The translations under genes and the position numbers were made by a program. A DNA stretch of 64,000 nucleotides, taken from NCBI GenBank assembly GCA_963789955.1, contig CAWBMV010000034.1, forward strand, positions 224,001-288,000, written 5' to 3'. This DNA comes from an uncultured Candidatus Rokubacteria bacterium (lineage in GTDB: Bacteria > Methylomirabilota > Methylomirabilia > Rokubacteriales > CSP1-6). Below are positions 62,905-64,000 of this stretch, piece by piece; positions within the stretch are counted from its first letter, which is position 1; each line of letters starts with the position of its first letter. The notes under the pieces were generated by a model that worked only from the letters and a program-made list of their open reading frames with translations, was not told the origin of the DNA and made no database searches.

Positions 62905-63653
62905 TCGTCATCCCGGCGATCGACCTGCGCGGCGGCCGCTGCGTACGCCTGCATCAGGGCCGCAGCGATCGCGAGACCGTGTTCTCGGACGATCCGGTCG
63001 CGGTCGCGCTCCAGTGGAAGGAGCTCGGCGCCGAGCGGCTGCACGTCGTGGACCTCGACGGCGCCTTCGCCGGTGAGCCGCGGCAGAGCGCGCTCGTCAC
63101 GAAGATCGTCGCGGCGATGGCGCCGGTGCCGGTCGAGGTCGGCGGCGGTCTGCGTGACCTCCGGGCCGTCGAGACCGCGCTGGAGACCGGCGCCCGCTGG
63201 GCGGTGGTCGGGACGCGCGCGGCGCTCGACCACGCATTCCTCCAGGACGTCTGCCGCCGCTACCCCGGCCGGATCGTCATCGCCGTCGACGCCAAGGGCC
63301 ATCAGGTCGCGATCAAGGGCTGGACCGAGGTGGTGGACGACACGGTGGCCCAGGTCGGCGCGCGGTCGCGCGACGCGGGCGCGGCGGCGCTGCTGTACAC
63401 GGACGTGAGTCGCGACGGGACGGAGACCGGGCCCAACGTCGAGTACACGGCGACGCTCGCGCGCGAAGTCGCGATGCCCGTTCTGGCCTCGGGCGGTGTC
63501 GGCCGCGTCGAGGACCTCGCCCGGCTGGCGGCGATCCCCGGCGTCGTGGGCACGGTCGTCGGGCGCGCGCTCTATACGGGCGCGATCGACTTGCGCCGGG
63601 CGAAGGAAGTCGCGGCGGCTGGCGCGGGACCGGCCGCGGCGTCTCGGGGCTGA
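62901..63653 (+). CDS. hisA: ProFAR isomerase
   Basis: [28 protein letters not shown] and ASGG motifs. Confidence 0.95.
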   Translation: MIVIPAIDLRGGRCVRLHQGRSDRETVFSDDPVAVALQWKELGAERLHVVDLDGAFAGEPRQSALVTKIVAAMAPVPVEVGGGLRDLRAVETALETGARWAVVGTRAALDHAFLQDVCRRYPGRIVIAVDAKGHQVAIKGWTEVVDDTVAQVGARSRDAGAAALLYTDVSRDGTETGPNVEYTATLAREVAMPVLASGGVGRVEDLARLAAIPGVVGTVVGRALYTGAIDLRRAKEVAAAGAGPAAASRG

Positions 63654-63655
63654 TC

Positions 63656-64000
63656 GTGCTGGCCAAGCGAGTGGTGCCGTGCCTGGACGTGAAGGACGGC
63701 CGTGTCGTCAAGGGCGTGCGGTTCGTCGACCTGCGTGATGCCGGCGACCCGGTCGAGGCCGCGCTCGCGTACGACGCGCAGGGAGCCGACGAGCTCGTGT
63801 TCCTCGACATCACGGCCTCGCACGAGGCGCGCGACACCATGCTCGACGTCGTGCGCCGCACGGCCGAGGGAATCTACATGCCGCTCACCGTCGGTGGCGG
63901 CATCCGCACCGTCGAGGACGTTCGGCGCTTGCTTCGCGCCGGCGCCGACAAGATCTCGCTGAACACCGCTGCCCTCGAGCGCCCCACGGTGATCCGCGAG
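63656..64000 (+). CDS. hisF: Imidazole glycerol phosphate synthase cyclase subunit, partial
   Basis: [33 protein letters not shown] and PLTVGGGI motifs; runs off the right edge. Confidence 0.95.
   Translation, partial: MLAKRVVPCLDVKDGRVVKGVRFVDLRDAGDPVEAALAYDAQGADELVFLDITASHEARDTMLDVVRRTAEGIYMPLTVGGGIRTVEDVRRLLRAGADKISLNTAALERPTVIRE

Overview
GC-rich (about 70% by eye) bacterial window. Gene content and style suggest Candidatus Rokubacteria/Methylomirabilota (inference). Many single-base frameshifts in otherwise intact genes point to long-read indel errors. Left to right: (1) the start of an NRPS-type biosynthetic cluster running off the left edge (TEII, Sfp-type PPTase, and a keto-acid-type adenylation protein with an N-terminal pseudo-Asub-like region); (2) lipid/CoA catabolic genes and a peptide ABC transporter; (3) a 10.3-kb genomic island (13403-23721) bounded by a perfect 19-bp direct repeat in the 3' end of a DJ-1/PfpI gene. 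It carries integrase and IS3 remnants, an HNH-like gene and a six-gene carrier-protein pathway of unknown product (ACP, acyl-CoA dehydrogenase, SerRS-like amino acid:ACP ligase, DUF1839, atypical GH2, tandem alpha/beta hydrolase); (4) type III PKS-methyltransferase-flavoprotein trio; (5) stand-alone nuoLMN; (6) glycerol-3-phosphate uptake and catabolism genes; (7) a 32-aa Lys/Arg-rich small ORF ahead of an Fe3+/thiamine-class ABC transporter; (8) atpZ-I-B-E-rex, then a ~510-bp nested palindromic element with co-varying stems inserted at the rex 3' end; (9) mfd, surA-like, rho, rpmE, prfA, prmC, a 19-codon murA remnant, and hisG-D-B-H-A-F. Several short repeat families are present. No rRNA, tRNA or CRISPR array was recognised.
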